DNA of 63,799 nt, the filler included, from Chiloscyllium plagiosum (Eukaryota), in the NCBI RefSeq assembly GCF_004010195.1. It is 3 parts of one record of this genome, joined end to end, with 100 filler letters (N's around TTAATTAATTAA, not from the genome) between each part and the next. Parts side by side here need not be neighbours in the genome. Positions count along the whole stretch, not along the records: positions 55,467 to 63,799 come from NC_057712.1; 2 more parts are not named here. One strand, written 5' to 3'. Positions 61,285 through 63,799 of the stretch are shown in pieces. Both the position numbers and the translations under genes were made by a program. How positions within the stretch are numbered: position 1 is the first letter of the stretch; each line of letters starts with the position of its first letter. A model generated the notes under the pieces. It made no database searches, was not told the origin of the DNA, and saw only the letters and a program-made list of their open reading frames with translations.

Positions 61285-62127
61285 AGGGAGGCTACAGAAA
61301 GATTTAGACAGGTTAGGAGTGGACAAAAGTGGCAGATAAAATACAACGTGGAAAAGTGTGAGGTCATGCAGTTTGGTCAGAAGAATAAAGGCTGGAACTA
61401 TTTTCGAAATGGGGAGAAAATTCAAAACTCTGAAGTGCAAAGGGACTTGGGAGTCCTAGTACAAGTTTCTCAAGGTAAATTTGCAGGTTGTGTTGGTAGT
61501 TAAGAAGGCAAATACAATGTTGTCATTCTTCTCGAGAACTAGAATATAAAAGCATGGATGTACTTCTGGGTTTACAAGGATCTGGTCAGATACATGTAGA
61601 GTATTGTGAGCAATTTTGGGCCCCATACCTCAAAAGATCTATTGACCCTGGAGCGAGTCCAGAGGAGTTTCATGAGAATGATCCCAGGAGTGAAAGGCTT
61701 AACATATATGGAATGTTTATTATGCTGGGACAATACTCAATAGAGGTTACAAGGATGAGGCGAGACCAGATTGAAACTTATAGAATACTGAATGGTCTTT
61801 ACAGAATGGACATTGAGAAGATCCTTCCATTGACTAAAGAGATGAGGTCCCATGGGCATGACCTCAGAGTAAAGAGAAGACCTTTTCAGAATGGAGAAAA
61901 GGAGAAATGTTTTTAGCCTGAGTAGTGGATCTGTGGAATTCATTGCTACAGAAGGTTGTAGAGACTAGCTCATTCTGTATATGCAAAACAGAGATAGTTA
62001 AGTTCTTAATTGCCAAAGGGATCAGAGGTTATGGGGAGAAAGCAGGAAAATGAGGATGATTGAACGGCAAAGCAGACTCGGTTGGACAAATGGCCTAATT
62101 TTCGCTCCTACGTCTTATGGTCTTATT
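61285..62127 (+). mobile_element. CR1 3' fragment
   Basis: HVEYCEQFWAPYL..RRDQIETYRILNG; tail GTCTTATGGTCTTAT. Confidence 0.85.
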
Positions 62128-63506
62128 TGGATTTTCAGAAGGGGTTTAATAAGGTTCTACAATTGGGCTAATTACTAAGATGGTGTCTATTAGCATGGAT
62201 AAAAGATTAGCTAACAGAAGATAGTTGAGATATGGAGTTAATTTTAGTATGGCAACCTGTGGATCACAGATCAGTGGCAGGGCCACAATTTTTTTTAATA
62301 AATCAATTTGGAGGTTAGTGTCACTGGCTAGGCCAGCATTTATTGCCCTCATACAGAATGCTAACGACATTGCTGTATTTCTGGATTTACATAGAGGTCA
62401 GCCCAGGTTAAGGGCTGTAGATGACACAAGAGGAGACTGCAGAGAGATATAGATAGTTTAACTGGGATGAGAATAGTTAGATGCTTGCATTTGACCAGTC
62501 CAAATGCAATGGTCCAAAGGGCCTTGTGCTGTGCTGTAGACCTCTATAATTCCGATTACTTAATTCATGCCTTTTCCAAAGACCTTTAAACAACTTGTTA
62601 ACTCTACTCACCTACTTAACAGAGTGTTCCTTAAAATGTCTTTATTAGCTTGTAGGATGCCTTCCTGGTAACTGTACAACCTTCTGTCACTAGAGTCACT
62701 AACTTCTAAGCATATCACTCATGCTACAAACAACACTCCTCTACTGAGAGGTTCAAGTCCGCATATGCCCTACCAATTATCTCCCGGGTGGCTTGCTGTT
62801 GACCTGTCTATAGTCACATTATTTCTTGGAAATTCTGTTTTTCTTTGCTGTTAGAAATGACATTCTGACCTTAATAAAACCACTTCAAACCTTTACAAAA
62901 CTAAAATCTATTCTCCTCCACTTTGGAACCAGAGTTCTAAATAACAAGAATATACTATGAATATTTGACTTCAAAAGGCAGCTCATCAGTTTCACCGTAC
63001 TTCAGGATAGATCTTGCAAAAATGCTCAAGGCCCGAGAATAAAGAGTACCCCAAGAACAAACAATTTGAACACTTGGAATGCCAGTTATACAAACACCGA
63101 TCTGGAAAACAGTTTCAATCTCCATCACTGTGGAATGACTTTGTTACACTGTACCAACTTCTGATTTCTTTGCTTGGTTAGAGTTACTTTCATAACACAT
63201 GAAAGTAACTTTTTTGAACCATAGAATAGCTTGCTTTTTTAAATAAGATGCACCATCAGGCATACACTGGTTCTTACTGTTAAGAATCATGGAATTCATT
63301 GTCAACCAACCCCTTAAAAAGATTCCTTCATTTACTTCATGAGGTTGAATTGGTTAATAACCACAAACAGGTGGTTTACTTGCTATTGTTTAGTTAGATG
63401 TGTACAAAGTTGGTACTGTTAAAACAAATGAAGACTATTTGTACAAATGTTAATTCCCAGAGGGAAAAAAACAGTTTAAAACAGTAAAACTTGAAAATTA
63501 ACATCG

Positions 63507-63799
63507 GAGAAAGTGAGGACTGCAGATGCTGGAGATCAGAGCTTAAAAATGTGTTGCTGGAAAAGCGCAGCAGGTCAGGCAGCAAAGGAACAGGAGAATC
63601 GATTTTCGGACATAAGCCCTTCTTCAGGAATGAGGAGGGTGTGCCAAGCAGGCTAAGATAAAAGGTAGGGAGGAGGGACTTGGGGAGGGGCGTTTGGGAA
63701 TACGATAGGTGGAAGGAGGTTAAGGTAAGGGTGATAGGCCGGAGAAGGGGTGGGGACGGAGAGGTCGGGAAGAAGATTGCAGGTCAAGAAGGCGGTGCT
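63507..63799 (-). mobile_element. Penelope-like pLTR cut by the window edge
   Basis: GGAGAAAGTGAGGACTGCAGATGCTGGAG terminus; decayed hammerhead at about 63598-63631; close to the 44298-44569 arm. Confidence 0.85.

Overview
Repeat-dominated vertebrate DNA, most likely from a shark (inferred from HE1/V-SINE-type tRNA-derived SINEs and shark-type CR1 and Penelope repeats). It is intronic sequence of an axonemal dynein heavy chain gene on the minus strand, best matching DNAH8. I found four exons with canonical AG/GT ends that the ORF track misses: 54811-54910, 43564-43683, 28456-28518 and 24445-24545. About 680 residues expected between the 2nd and 3rd exon (from recalled human DNAH8) are absent, and an artificial N44-TTAATTAATTAA-N44 spacer at 30702-30801 lies in that interval. 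The introns contain many CR1 LINE fragments, Rex1/Babar LINEs, V-SINEs, LTR-like insertions, a 6.8-kb 35-bp minisatellite and many Penelope-like elements (PLEs). The most interesting signal is a series of short PLE-derived fold-back insertions with 8-16 bp target-site duplications. Most carry minimal hammerhead-ribozyme motifs (CUGANGA...GAAACGUC) head-to-head inside the dynein pre-mRNA. PLE hammerheads are a known class; the consequences proposed here are hypotheses. No prokaryotic systems or CRISPR arrays are present. Family calls rest on motif recognition, not database searches, and TE boundaries without a TSD are approximate.
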